The notes: generated by a model not told the origin, from the letters alone. Positions 9,853 to 20,342 are shown, counted from the first letter of the stretch. The stretch: DNA of 64,000 nt from Gemmatales bacterium (GCA_041640595.1 JBEPZY010000002.1:436651-500650); one strand, 5' to 3'. A program made the numbers and translations.

Positions 9853-10720
9853 AGTGCATTCCCTCGCTATTCGGTGTTGGTCTCTCACCCTCATTTTCCG
9901 ATAGATCCACAGGCGATCTCGGCTTCGGTCATCCCGGCAAAGAGCCGTGCGTCGGCCAATTCCCGACTGGACAGTGTCAGGATGACCATTCCATCCAATC
10001 CAGATGCGCCCCATCATCGGCCGAACAGGCCCCAGACGAAGCGGGTTCAAATCCGGTTTTCTCCTCTAAGTTTAAGACGAAAAATCGCCTTCCTTAGCAC
10101 GCTCAAAGTCTAATGCAAAGTTAGACTGCTGCCGGCGCGTGTTCGGATAGTGCCTCTCCCACTGCACTGGCGTGCTGAAGTTCCGCCGCTCTTTTCCTTA
10201 GCCAATTTCATCGAGACGGTCTTGGAATAGCGGTATTGCACTGGCACCCCGAAGTGCTGCTGGCTCTCGCCCCGAGCAATCGGTGTTCACCTTTCTCGTT
10301 CTCAGCAATTCACCCACGCAGTTTCGGTTCTCGCTCAAGCCGTTGGTATGCCGCCACGATGCCCGCTTTCTCACTTCAATTGGACACCAATCACTTGACT
10401 GTGTCGGCTCGCGCGCAGCCGCGGGGGTCAGTCTCGAGGCGCTGCTATCATTTTGTGCAACATCGCTCCCTCAGTCAATGCTACCGCTCCCACAGAACGG
10501 CGACTCCACACACTTCCCACCACCCAGTCTGAACTTCTGTCCTTTGGTTCATTGCTGATTCATTGTCCAGCCAAGGGACTAACGGCCCTCAAACCGCAGT
10601 AGCTCCTTGTTCCTCTTTGCACAGGGCCAAGCCATATCCAGTTGTTGACGGACGATATTAAGGCACTTCCCTATCGTTGGATTTTGGATAAAAGAAATAG
10701 AGCGCACCGCCTTAGCTCAA

Positions 10721-10729
10721 TGGTATGAT
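10721..10729 (+). promoter_or_regulatory. Possible extended -10 element (TGnTATGAT) for the nuclease islet
   Basis: TGGTATGAT about 33 nt upstream of ATG 10762, which has a GGGAG RBS. Confidence 0.3.
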
Positions 10730-10761
10730 CCCGGCAACACCGAGCCGACAGGGAGTTTGCG

Positions 10762-11891
10762 ATGGACCTGCTAGCGTGGCTGGTTTTGGGTGTGTTAGCA
10801 GGACTTTTGGGAAGTTTCTTCGTGTCACGCAAAAATAGTGGCGCAGTAATCCTTCTTTTAACGCTTGCTATTGCTGGTACACTTGTAGGAGGTTTGAGCT
10901 ACACCGTTGGTTTCATCGGCGGTGCTTCTTTGGCCTCTCTCGGTAGGATTTCCGCCAAGAGGTCGGGGCAGCCGAAATCGTCCCGGGGCCTTGGTCGCCC
11001 ATACAGACGGGCTAGACCTAGGCGCAACCACACCCAACTTCCCGGCGAGTTGTGGGTAAGCCGAATTGCCGAGCAGTTTTATTGCGAATACAAGGTGCAT
11101 CTGCGACGTTGCCATCCGGAAGTACAAATCTTACACGATCGATTAATGCAGGGAGAAAAGGCTCACGATGCCCTCCTTTGGCAAGGCCAGGCCCATGCTG
11201 GTGACGCCTTCAACGAGAGTACTGGACTAGGCGAAGAAGCGTCCGACGATTCGAATAGCGATAGGATTTCTTGGTCAGTGTCAGGTGCCCAAGTCCGGCC
11301 CGAGCAAACGCTTGTTGCTAACCTTGAAGGGTTCCGTATTGTTGGGAGGCTTGACCTGCTTTATTTGTACGACGAAAAGGCGATCCTTATACTGGATCTA
11401 AAGCATACTGACAGCAAAGAGCCCTCTCTTGATGCTCGAGTTCAGGTTTTACTTTACGGGCTCTTGGTTGAACAACATTTTGTTACAGATGAATTGTGCC
11501 TCGGAATTGTACTAGTCCGACGGAATGTGGGGTTAACTAAGCTGCTTCTCTGTCGAGAGCAGTTCCTAGAAGAAATTTCTGTACGATGCTTGCAAGCGAG
11601 AGAGGATATGATCAGGTTCAAGCGGAAAAGACCGGAGTCGTATCTGACAACTGGCGAGCGTTTTTCTATCGGTACGATCCCGATAAAGCGAGGAAGCATC
11701 TTGACTGGGCGCTCAGGTACTGGCGAGGGGACCGAGCTCCGATCCCAGTTAAGAAGTGCCCTAATAAATGTGTAACGTGTCCGTGGAATGCGGCCAGACT
11801 CTGTCGCCATGCCTTGAAGCCTCCGGACCCAAGATTCCTCGTGAAAAAGGATAACGGACGTATCGTGATTGATCACAGAAATTTTAGCTAA
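10762..11891 (+). pseudogene. GlsB/YeaQ/YmgE-like membrane anchor fused to an Exo5/Cas4-like PD-(D/E)XK 4Fe-4S nuclease, interrupted by a -1 frameshift near 11626-11630
   Basis: Frame of 10762: TM N-terminus, 'WVSRIAEQFYCEYK', 'GEKAH', 'GRLDLL...ILDLK', 'QVLLYG'. The -1 frame continues 'LDWALRYWRGDRAP...KCVTCPWNAARLC' and supplies the three C-terminal Fe-S cysteines. The joined product would be about 376 aa. Confidence 0.75.
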
Positions 11892-11920
11892 GCCAGGCCC
11901 ACCTAATCGGGATAACAGGA

Positions 11921-12760
11921 ATGCTGAAACACACTTTTTGCCACATTCCAGGAATCGGTGAAAAAAGGGAGCAGTTCCTCTGGTCTCTAGGTATTGCTTC
12001 CTGGGAAGCGGTCTTTACCACCTACTCGTTACACATTCCGCCGCCCGTCCAAGAACTATTAAACAAAAAGGTCGAGGAGTCTTTTTACCACTACCGACAC
12101 CGGAATGTCGGCTATTTCATCGAGCAGCTTGAAAGCAAGCACCACTGGCGTCTTTATCGGGACTTCAGGGACAGTTGCGCATTTCTGGACATTGAAACTA
12201 CCGGCCTGTTCCCACCCAATAAGATAACCACGATTGCGTTGTACGACGGTCGAGATATCCGCGTTTACATTCGCGGAATAAACCTTGATCGTTTCATCCG
12301 TGATCTACAGGACTATAGCCTCGTGATTACTTACAACGGTAAGTCTTTTGATGTCCCACTAATAGAAGCCCATTTTGGGATTAAGCTAGCCCCTGCCCAT
12401 GTTGATTTGAGATATTTCCTTCAAAGCCTGGGCTATGGAGGCGGGTTGAAGCAATGCCTTCACCGGATTGGCCTTCGATGGCCTTTGCTCGAAGACGTAA
12501 GTGGACCAATCGCGGCCTACCTTTGGGAGGAGTATCGTAAAGGCAAGAACCCTAAGGCACTTGAAACTCTCCTGGCCTATAACGTTCATGATGTCATTGC
12601 CCTTAATTACTTGACGGTGCACGTGTACAACGAAAAATTGAAAAGCACACCTTTTCAAGATATTTTATCCTTAGGTGCTCCACTTAACCCGCTAGTGCCC
12701 TACCAACCAGACAGGGCGACCTTGGAGAGAATCCGTAGGCAAGCCTTGACCTTGTCTTAG
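11921..12760 (+). CDS. YprB-like RNase H-fold (DEDD) exonuclease with N-terminal helix-hairpin-helix
   Basis: 'HIPGIGEK', 'FLDIETTGL', 'ITYNGKSFDVP', 'HVDL', 'GGLK', 'AYNVHDV'. Confidence 0.85.
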   Translation: MLKHTFCHIPGIGEKREQFLWSLGIASWEAVFTTYSLHIPPPVQELLNKKVEESFYHYRHRNVGYFIEQLESKHHWRLYRDFRDSCAFLDIETTGLFPPNKITTIALYDGRDIRVYIRGINLDRFIRDLQDYSLVITYNGKSFDVPLIEAHFGIKLAPAHVDLRYFLQSLGYGGGLKQCLHRIGLRWPLLEDVSGPIAAYLWEEYRKGKNPKALETLLAYNVHDVIALNYLTVHVYNEKLKSTPFQDILSLGAPLNPLVPYQPDRATLERIRRQALTLS

Positions 12761-12865
12761 GCGACTGTTTGCTAATTGTGACTGCTGTGCCCGGTTGGAA
12801 TGGTATAGTGAGCGTGGTTAGGGAGGCCTGCGCTGGTGGGCGAAGGAAAATTAGTTGAGTGGTGG

Positions 12866-13588
12866 TTAGTCGGAGCGGTTATGGGCGAGCAAACGGAAAT
12901 AAGCTTCTATCGCCAGCATGCCGAATAGTACCGCAAGAAAGATTCTCTGAGCTTGCACAGCCAGCAACACTATAACGACCGCTGTAAAGATGGAGATCCA
13001 GCCAGTCCATCTTGCTCCCTGCCAGGGCGAAAACCAGGTCAATGCATAATAAACGATGTGTCCTCCATCTAACGGATAGACCGGCAACAGATTTATCAAT
13101 CCCCACCATACGTTGATATAGAGCAAAAAGACTATTAGTAACTGGAACGACTCTTTCTCGGGCCAGGCGAGAAGTCGGGGACCGAAAAGTAAGTCCTGCC
13201 AGGCAAACACAGGTACCGCGTTGTTTGCCAGGAGCAGGCCCCATATAGCGACTGCTAATATAAACCCGGCCAGGGGGCCACAGCAGCTAATAACAATCTC
13301 CCGACCGACCTTATGTTCTGTGACATCCCTCGCACTAATGGTTAGTCCGCCAAAACTATATAAGATGATGGCCGGAAACCGTCCGAATGCCTTGGCGGCC
13401 AGGGCATGCCCGAGTTCGTGAACCAGGACGGAAACAAAAACCGCCACGATCCAGATAAGCGCGTGGAACCCATCCTCCCGAGGCCCCAGGAGCAGAGCCA
13501 CGAGCCAGAAAAGAGGATGTACGCGAACAGGAATACCGAACATCCGCCAGCGCAGGTCAAAAGGCGTCGGTTGCAGCACATCGAGCAT
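12866..13588 (-). CDS. Site-2 protease family (M50) intramembrane metalloprotease
   Basis: HELGH and NLLPVYPLDGG motifs, multiple TM helices, AAGGA RBS before ATG 13588. Confidence 0.9.
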   Translation of the reverse strand: MLDVLQPTPFDLRWRMFGIPVRVHPLFWLVALLLGPREDGFHALIWIVAVFVSVLVHELGHALAAKAFGRFPAIILYSFGGLTISARDVTEHKVGREIVISCCGPLAGFILAVAIWGLLLANNAVPVFAWQDLLFGPRLLAWPEKESFQLLIVFLLYINVWWGLINLLPVYPLDGGHIVYYALTWFSPWQGARWTGWISIFTAVVIVLLAVQAQRIFLAVLFGMLAIEAYFRLLAHNRSD

Positions 13589-14042
13589 ACTTATTTCCTT
13601 TCCCCACACTTTGTATGAGGCAATGTCATGATTTTGTCATCCGCCGCAAGAACCGTGTCAAGGCTCCATACCCTCGTGTAACGGCCTCTAGTTGCGACGG
13701 ATATAAATTTAGCTTCGACAATCATCGAAGCAACTTTGATGGTTACTGTTCTCTGCGCTCTAACACATGCGGGCATAGAGCAGCAATCGCATTCACATGC
13801 GTGTGGGTTTCTTTTTACCGATGCTATGCGATAGGCTCTTGCATAATGCCACCTGGTTTCCTGATGCCCGAGCAGCAGGTTGTATTGATCGGCGTGATGT
13901 ATAGGCCATTAGCATTCCAGCTCCTATCGAGCAAACTTAGCGGTCTAATACCGACCTGGAGTTTATGTCCAGCACCAGTCGCTTGATTATCTTATAATCT
14001 GGCTGATAGCTGCATCGTTAAAAAGCCGGGAGCAATTACGGC

Positions 14043-14846
14043 CTATATAGCGGCGAAGCGCTGTTTCAGGAAAGTGAGTTCTTCCTGGGCTAAGCGTAGG
14101 CGTTCATGCAGGTCACGGGTTTCGTACTCAGCGTGTAAGCTAACCACGCCGTTATATCGGCACTGTCGCAAGGCAGTCGCTACTTCGCTCCAGCGAACGA
14201 TGCCATGTCCAGCTGGGACTACTTCCGCTTGCCAGCCTCGCTTTTCGTCCCTTTTCCAGAGCATGTCCTTGATGGCCAGCAAGGAAAACCAGGGTCGGGC
14301 CAGATTCGCTTCATAAGGAAAAGGCCCGCCGTTGATCGCTAAGTGGCCGGTGTCTAAATAGGCACCAATATGGTGCGGATCTAAGTCGGCCAGTAACCAG
14401 CGTAAGGAAGCGGCGTTATTGCCGAGATAGTTGCCGGAATGGGTATGGTAACACGCACGTACTCCAGTGGACTCGGCCAGTTTCGCAAACCCTTGCAGCG
14501 ATTGACGCGCTTGCCGTAAGGCGAGCTCCCAATCGCCACGAAATGGAAAATAGCCGATCTTCACCATACTCACCTGGGCTTTGGAACAGCCTTCAAAAAT
14601 CCGTTTGGCGTCAGCACTGTTCGGATCGGTCAGGCTGGTAGGCGCGGTAACCAGAGGCACGGAAAGACTTGCTTCCCGGAACTGTCGCACCACTTTGGGC
14701 AACTCCGTATCCGCGTTTTCCGGCGTCACTGGATAACCGGGACGCACCGTAAGATCAGCCCCGTGCAAGCCTGCCTGCTGCAAAAAGCGAATCATTCCGG
14801 CAATGTCGAGACCCTGAAGGAATTTCGTAAAGTACACGTAGGTCAT
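14043..14846 (-). CDS. Sugar phosphate isomerase/epimerase (xylose-isomerase-like TIM barrel)
   Basis: 'DLTVRPG', 'YHTHSG', 'LDTGH', 'IKD', 'GHGIVRW', 'SLHAEY'. Confidence 0.85.
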   Translation of the reverse strand: MTYVYFTKFLQGLDIAGMIRFLQQAGLHGADLTVRPGYPVTPENADTELPKVVRQFREASLSVPLVTAPTSLTDPNSADAKRIFEGCSKAQVSMVKIGYFPFRGDWELALRQARQSLQGFAKLAESTGVRACYHTHSGNYLGNNAASLRWLLADLDPHHIGAYLDTGHLAINGGPFPYEANLARPWFSLLAIKDMLWKRDEKRGWQAEVVPAGHGIVRWSEVATALRQCRYNGVVSLHAEYETRDLHERLRLAQEELTFLKQRFAAI

Positions 14847-14929
14847 GGCCTCATCCTTATCGCCGTTCGCAGCGTGGATGGATACTCGTTATGTCCTAGC
14901 GGGCCAAGCCGTCCGGACCTGCGCGAGGC

Positions 14930-15898
14930 TCAGTCCTCCTCTTGCCGCTGATTTTCCTGCATCCGTTTAGCGAGCACCTTGATCGTGTAACCCCCGACTA
15001 AATCGCCCTGCTGGTCGAGATAAACCCAGTCGTTAAGGTCAGCAACGTTGGCCTGGACACGGTCACCTTCTTCCAGGTCTTTTGGTGAAACCGGTTCATT
15101 AGCCAATCGGCCAAAGATACGGTCGTTTTCTATCGCCTCCACTAGCACCCAGATGAATTCGACATCCTCTCCGGTGCCCAGAGGTACTTTTACAGCAAAA
15201 CCGCTGCCTTTTTGAGCTTCGAAGGCGGCTACGAACTGCGGCCAGGTCTGTCGCGCGGTTTCTTGAGCCTGGAGCATTTCCGGATCGTCCGATTCGACGT
15301 GAATGACAGGCACTTCCCAAGTTTCCTCTAGAGCTGCAAGCGGATCATTTGCTCTCAGGGCGGCGATTGTCTTTTCGGTCACGGCATACATCCGCTGGAA
15401 TTCGGGCAGATAAAGCAACAATGTCCCGGCCGGCATCAGTTCAGCAAAGAGTCGGCCCAGCATCTGATAATGGCGCTGTTGACCGCGTTGCGGCCGTTCC
15501 TGTTCTTCGTCCAAGAACAAGTCGCACGACAACCACGCCGTGTGCTGGCTAAACAGCTTCTGCAGCCGTAAGTCGGGCAAGCTCGCGGCCGTTTCTTCCA
15601 CGTTGGGTACATACGGAGCGTCTATGACGTTGACCAAGACTAAACCATCAGACCTATAGATCATAAACCGCCCTGCATCAGCATCGCCCATGACGAAACC
15701 GTCTTTTTCGGCGTTGCGAATTCCTATTTCCAGACCCCATGCTTTCCGAGCTGCTTCTGCCAGCTTTTCTTCCGAAAGCCGCATCGGCCTGGGCAACAGA
15801 CCAACGATAGCTAACAAAGGCGTTTCGTCTTCCTCGTCGCTCTGGTCGGGTTCATTTTCCCATTCTGTTTCGTCGGGAAACCAGGGTGATTTGGACAT
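14930..15898 (-). CDS. DUF2314 (YegJ-like) domain protein
   Basis: C-terminal 'DDPEMLQAQETARQTWPQF...FAVKV...EFIWV...GRLANEP...DWVY...GGYTIKVL'; AAGGAG RBS. Confidence 0.8.
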   Translation of the reverse strand: MSKSPWFPDETEWENEPDQSDEEDETPLLAIVGLLPRPMRLSEEKLAEAARKAWGLEIGIRNAEKDGFVMGDADAGRFMIYRSDGLVLVNVIDAPYVPNVEETAASLPDLRLQKLFSQHTAWLSCDLFLDEEQERPQRGQQRHYQMLGRLFAELMPAGTLLLYLPEFQRMYAVTEKTIAALRANDPLAALEETWEVPVIHVESDDPEMLQAQETARQTWPQFVAAFEAQKGSGFAVKVPLGTGEDVEFIWVLVEAIENDRIFGRLANEPVSPKDLEEGDRVQANVADLNDWVYLDQQGDLVGGYTIKVLAKRMQENQRQEED

Positions 15899-16313
15899 GG
15901 CCAGGAGCTCCTTAGCGAAGCAGGTTTGCCGATATTGCAACGGTGTTAGCCTTCCAGGCCTAGCTTAGGAATCATTGCATGGCTCGGAAAGAGACCCCGT
16001 AAGGATTGTGGCAAAAGCTGAGCACCGACCATCTTCGAGCGCTAATGTTCCTAACGTGCGAAGTGCCTGACAAGCCAACGTCCCGCATCTGCATCGCTTG
16101 TGCAGTGCGAAACGGAAGACCGTGCCGACTGGTGTTTCAACCGGCACGAACGCCGCGTCATTCCGATGCGGTTGGCGTGCTGGTTACGCTTTGTGTTGCT
16201 TCAGGCGCGTCGTACAATATGCGGAAGAAGGGCGCTCACTGGCAAAGCAAAGGTGAGCCGCTGCTGTGTCGCTCAGGTGAGCAGTATCAACAATTGCATT
16301 CCGCGTCAAATCG

Positions 16314-17156
16314 GTGCCCAGCGTGATTGTCGAAGTACCCGCGGTCCGGCCAATTCGGGTGGCAGATATAGTCCAGCCAGCACCGGAACGCTTGCCACGT
16401 CGCCGCGCCCGTGTGGTAGCGGTGATGCCTGCGTACAATGCGTCGGCTACCCTGGCGGCCACGCTGGCGGATATTCCGCCCGGCTCGGTGGATGACATTC
16501 TTCTGGTGGACGATGCCAGTCAGGATAACACCGTGGCGCTGGCTCGCGAACTCGGCCTGCGGGTTATCGTTCATGAGCGAAACCGGGGTTACGGTGCCAA
16601 TCAAAAGACCTGCTATCGTTACGCCTTGCAAGCAGGGGCCGACATCGTCGTCATGATTCATCCCGATTACCAGTACGACAGCCGCGTCATTCCGCACGCG
16701 GTGGCATTCGTCGAACTGGGCATTTGCGACATCGTGCTGGGCAATCGCATTCGCTCTCGCCGTGAAGCTCTGGCCGGCGGCATGCCCTGGTGGAAGTATC
16801 TCGCCAACCGTTTCCTCACCGCCGTCGAGAATTTCGCTCTGGGCCAGAATCTCGGCGACTTTCACAGCGGTTTCCGCGTTTATCGCCGGGAAGTGCTCGA
16901 AACCATCCCGTTTGAACGCAACTCGGACGATTTCGTCTTCGACACGCAGTTTCTGGTACAGGCGGTGTATTTTGGATTCCGCTTGGGCGAAATACCCATG
17001 CCGGTTCGCTATTTTCCCGAGGCCAGCAGCATCAATTTTCGGCGGAGCGTTCGCTACGGGTTGGGCACGCTGGCGACCGTGGGCGAATACTGGCTCCATC
17101 GGTTCCGCCTGCGCCGGTCGCCGTTGTTTCTGCCGGCCAACAGGGAAAGCCCGTAG
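16314..17156 (+). CDS. Glycosyltransferase family 2
   Basis: 'VMPAYNA', '[10 protein letters not shown]', 'NRGYGANQK', 'IHPDYQY', 'DFHSGFRVY'. Confidence 0.9.
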   Translation: MPSVIVEVPAVRPIRVADIVQPAPERLPRRRARVVAVMPAYNASATLAATLADIPPGSVDDILLVDDASQDNTVALARELGLRVIVHERNRGYGANQKTCYRYALQAGADIVVMIHPDYQYDSRVIPHAVAFVELGICDIVLGNRIRSRREALAGGMPWWKYLANRFLTAVENFALGQNLGDFHSGFRVYRREVLETIPFERNSDDFVFDTQFLVQAVYFGFRLGEIPMPVRYFPEASSINFRRSVRYGLGTLATVGEYWLHRFRLRRSPLFLPANRESP

Positions 17157-17200
17157 GGATTAGCAAACCCGATTCGCCGGTCAGGAGTTCGATCCCAGGG

Positions 17201-17800
17201 CTACGAGCTGGCTGCTGGCGGGGTGGTTTCTGGTTGCAGTAACGCTAGGGGTCGGAACAAGACATGCACAGGAACGCGAAAGCCCGGCAGTACCTCTTCC
17301 CCGTCCAGTTCGTCGGTTTCCGGCAAGATCACTCCACGTCGGCCTGGGCGATACACCTGCACCAGCCGTGCCTCCGGGTCTATCACCCACAACAATCGCA
17401 CACCGACACGAAGATAATCACGGATGCGGCGACTGACCTCGCGTACCAGGTCGGTCGGGGAAAGCACTTCCACGACCAGGTCGGGAGCAATGCGAATGTG
17501 TCCTTCGGCGAGAGCGGGAGTGATACGATCGCGGGCGATGAAGGAGATGTCGGGCTTGCGTACCTTGTTCGGCTCATCGGGAAAACACTGGTAACCCTGA
17601 TCGGCAGCTAACACCAAACCCGCTTGGTGATCGCGAACGAAGTTGTTCAAATGTGCCAGCACTTCGGCAACCACAGCGGAAGAGGTCGCGGCCATACTTT
17701 TCTCCACCAGTCTGCCGTTGACCAATTCGTAACGGTGGTCTCTGGACAGGTAGAGCAGGTCTTCCGGAGTTGGTCGCGGTCTGTCCAATAGCGCAGTCAT
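17201..17800 (-). CDS. Uma2 family endonuclease
   Basis: 'YELVNGRL', 'RKPDISF', 'PDLVVEVLSP', 'YLRVGVRLLWVIDP', 'VLPGF'; GGAGG RBS before ATG 17800. Confidence 0.9.
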   Translation of the reverse strand: MTALLDRPRPTPEDLLYLSRDHRYELVNGRLVEKSMAATSSAVVAEVLAHLNNFVRDHQAGLVLAADQGYQCFPDEPNKVRKPDISFIARDRITPALAEGHIRIAPDLVVEVLSPTDLVREVSRRIRDYLRVGVRLLWVIDPEARLVQVYRPGRRGVILPETDELDGEEVLPGFRVPVHVLFRPLALLQPETTPPAASS

Positions 17801-17890
17801 GGCGCTACACCTCCGGGAATGTCGCCGACTGGTGCCAGCCACTGGCGATACGGTCTGCGGCTGGCTAACTGGTCGTATGTCCGTTAGCCG

Positions 17891-18169
17891 TCAGTTTTGT
17901 GAAGCCTGTGCCGATGGAGCCTCGAATTTCGGCAGGTATTTCTTGAGAAGCACCTGTACTTTTTCCGTCGGCTGGGCACCGACGCTGAGCCAGTAACGCA
18001 CGCGGTCGGCTTTCAGGACGACTTTTTTATCGTCGTCTTTTGCGAGGGGGTCGTAGGTGCCGAGTTCTTCGATAGCCCGGCCGTCGCGTGGAGCCCGGGC
18101 ATCGGTGACGACAATGCGGAAAAACCAGCGATGTTTGCGTCCCAGTTTTTTCAGGCGAATTCGCACCAT
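17891..18169 (-). CDS. rpsP: 30S ribosomal protein S16
   Basis: 'MVRIRLKKLGRKHRWFFRIVVTDARAPRDGRAIEELGTYDP...WLSVGAQPTEKV'; GGAGG RBS. Confidence 0.97.
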   Translation of the reverse strand: MVRIRLKKLGRKHRWFFRIVVTDARAPRDGRAIEELGTYDPLAKDDDKKVVLKADRVRYWLSVGAQPTEKVQVLLKKYLPKFEAPSAQASQN

Positions 18170-18264
18170 AGTGTTCTTCCTCCGGGAAATTGTGCCGGTG
18201 TTTATGGAGCTTCATCTTCGCTGGAGCCAGCCGCCTAGTCAGGCGGATCACTACAGCACTCAAG

Positions 18265-18294
18265 ATTTTAGGGGAATCAGGGCGGTGGAATCAA
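18265..18294 (-). promoter_or_regulatory. Putative sigma-70 promoter of rpsP
   Basis: Minus strand TTGATT-N18-TAAAAT. Confidence 0.45.
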
Positions 18295-18460
18295 TCACGC
18301 TCCTGTCACTGGGCGTAGGTGGAAGTTACCATCTCGGTGGAGCAGGAAGTTGGTCAACAGCTTGGAGGCCGAGTTTAAGTGTGCGTTGGAGTTGCCGTCT
18401 CAGAGGAAGCCGATGTTCAATTGTGCCCGGCTGCAACCGATCCAGTGTGCGCAGAAGTCA

Positions 18461-20068
18461 TCATCGCGGTGGAGCAGGGGGCATGCGGAGAACGATATCG
18501 TCACCGCGTGGCTCATCCTCAAAGCTGCGTCCATTGTCATCCCTGCCGTTCGGGCCAACGCTGTAGAGCACGTATCCCTTCCCGGTACGACGGTAGATGG
18601 GTGGCTTACCAGAGAACAAGTCCGGCTCGATGCGCGGCAAGAAACCAGGTACGAGTTGCTCCAGCCGATCCGGATATTTGCCGGTCTGATCATGATACCT
18701 GGCCAGAGCAAAGGCTACATCAAGCAGGCGATCCATTTCTTCGGTGCGGCTCAGACTTGTGGAAATTCGCTGCCACAGTTGCGACGTTTGATGAGCTAAG
18801 TTTACTGCCCAACACCGGGCAGCTGTGCGCTTCTTGCCAGCGAGAACGTAGGCCATGATGAGTGGCCAGCGCAGTTGCTGCCCCAGCACATTGACCCGTT
18901 TAGCAGCCTGACCAAGCTCCGTTTCCAATTGATCGAGGCGCTTTTTGAATGCTGCAAGGTCGGGCTCTTTCAGACACTCCTCACAGCGGTCGAACCAGCG
19001 GTTGACAGTACGCAGCAGTTCCTCCCAATCCAGTCCGTTCAGCAGAAGCTGGTGTTCGAACTCGGTGGTAAGAGCCGGAAAGCCAAGTGCGGCCAGCGAA
19101 GAAGTCTGATCGAGAAACCGTCCGCGGTGAACGAGCTGCACCAAGTCTAAAACCTCTGCTCGCGATTTGAAGGCCAGGCTCGTGCGCCAGGTTGAAAGTG
19201 ATGCGACGTTTCGCCATTGCTGCTGGTAACGCATCCAGGTATCGCCGTCCAGCGAAGCCTTGCCGATATAAACGTTCAGAGCCGACCCAGCTAAGCTTTC
19301 CAAAGCCGAGCCTGCCAAAACTTCTATGATGGTCGGACCCTGCCGCATCATTCGACCCACACGTTTAACGGTCAGCAAATCATCCCAGGCCAGCCGATAC
19401 AAACCGTGGCGTGTTCGCAGCATGGCACGGGCTAAATACGCGTAGGCCAGTACACGAAAGGCCTGAACATCGGGGAGAGGTTGTTCAAAGAGAGTGAGGT
19501 TTGGGATCAACGGTCGGAAATAGCGAGGACGCTGCAATTCCAGGCTGAGGCGATTGAGCAAGTTTTCGTAGTCCCTGAGCCAGACCATCACCAGCGGGTA
19601 GTCATCTGCCTGCCACGGATAGCGCCAGGCCTTGCGAAGCTGATCATCGGCTTGCACGAGTGCTTCTATGGGGAGTTGGAATTTATTCGCCAGATAGCCG
19701 GTCACGGACAGGAAATAATCACCATCCACCGGCAAGGGATCGATCCCTAATGCCTGGAAAAAGGACTCGGGCAGAGGCGGACCACTTTGTGGAGACGGGC
19801 CCACAGCGGTGATAAGAGCCACGTAGGCATTGTCTTCGGGTTTGATCCCTTGGCCGAAATAGGCGTTGAGTGCGGACGCGTAATCTACGTAGCCATCTTG
19901 GTCGAGCGGGCCGGAGAAATAGGTCGTCTCGCGGCTCAATGGGAGTTTGGGCGTGGGTTTGGTTTCTTGCTGCTGTGCCAAACTCAGGCTGCACACCAAA
20001 GGCAGCAAAGCCAGCCCGAAACCCATCGCCTTCGCTATCCCGACCAACTTGCGAAGATTTGTCCGCAT
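18461..20068 (-). CDS. Secreted planctomycete-type helical protein with GspG-like C-terminal motif
   Basis: Signal peptide; 'ETTYFSGPLDQDGYVDYASALN'; C-terminal 'GKYPDRLEQLVP...DLFSGKPPIYRRTGKGYVLYSVGPNGRDDNG'. Confidence 0.75.
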   Translation of the reverse strand: MRTNLRKLVGIAKAMGFGLALLPLVCSLSLAQQQETKPTPKLPLSRETTYFSGPLDQDGYVDYASALNAYFGQGIKPEDNAYVALITAVGPSPQSGPPLPESFFQALGIDPLPVDGDYFLSVTGYLANKFQLPIEALVQADDQLRKAWRYPWQADDYPLVMVWLRDYENLLNRLSLELQRPRYFRPLIPNLTLFEQPLPDVQAFRVLAYAYLARAMLRTRHGLYRLAWDDLLTVKRVGRMMRQGPTIIEVLAGSALESLAGSALNVYIGKASLDGDTWMRYQQQWRNVASLSTWRTSLAFKSRAEVLDLVQLVHRGRFLDQTSSLAALGFPALTTEFEHQLLLNGLDWEELLRTVNRWFDRCEECLKEPDLAAFKKRLDQLETELGQAAKRVNVLGQQLRWPLIMAYVLAGKKRTAARCWAVNLAHQTSQLWQRISTSLSRTEEMDRLLDVAFALARYHDQTGKYPDRLEQLVPGFLPRIEPDLFSGKPPIYRRTGKGYVLYSVGPNGRDDNGRSFEDEPRGDDIVLRMPPAPPR

Positions 20069-20342
20069 AGCATTCTCCCGAGCCACAACGAGCGAAGAAT
20101 TGTCCGGCGCTAAGTCTTCCCCGCCTGGTTAGGATGTCTCCGCACCATCGAGCATTGGACAGTGCCAGAGCCGACCACCCTGATTTTACCTATAGACGAA
20201 AGTGCCCAGCTCTTCAACCCTTGCCACGAAACCGAGCGGGCTCGCATTGTCCTGGAATACTTTGTTCGAGACTTACACTGACAAAGCAGTTGGCACCTTG
20301 CAACGAGAATTAGGGCCTTGAGGTTATCGGGCATTGCCGGGG

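Noticed and set aside
10041..10068. tRNA T-arm-like GCGGGTTCAAATCCGG, a possible att remnant beside the low-GC islet
   Set aside because: Mismatched T-stem, no cloverleaf or CCA, no second copy and no integrase in the window.
10114..10700. Short ORFs and an open minus-strand frame in the gap before the nuclease islet
   Set aside because: No recognisable motifs or good starts; possibly decayed sequence.
10706..10725. tRNA-like 5' fragment ACCGCCTTAGCTCAATGGTA
   Set aside because: No GAGC to close the D-stem and no anticodon or T arm follows. It overlaps a plausible -10 element.
13615..13986. 123-aa ORF in an AT-richer gap
   Set aside because: Atypical composition, no RBS or motif.
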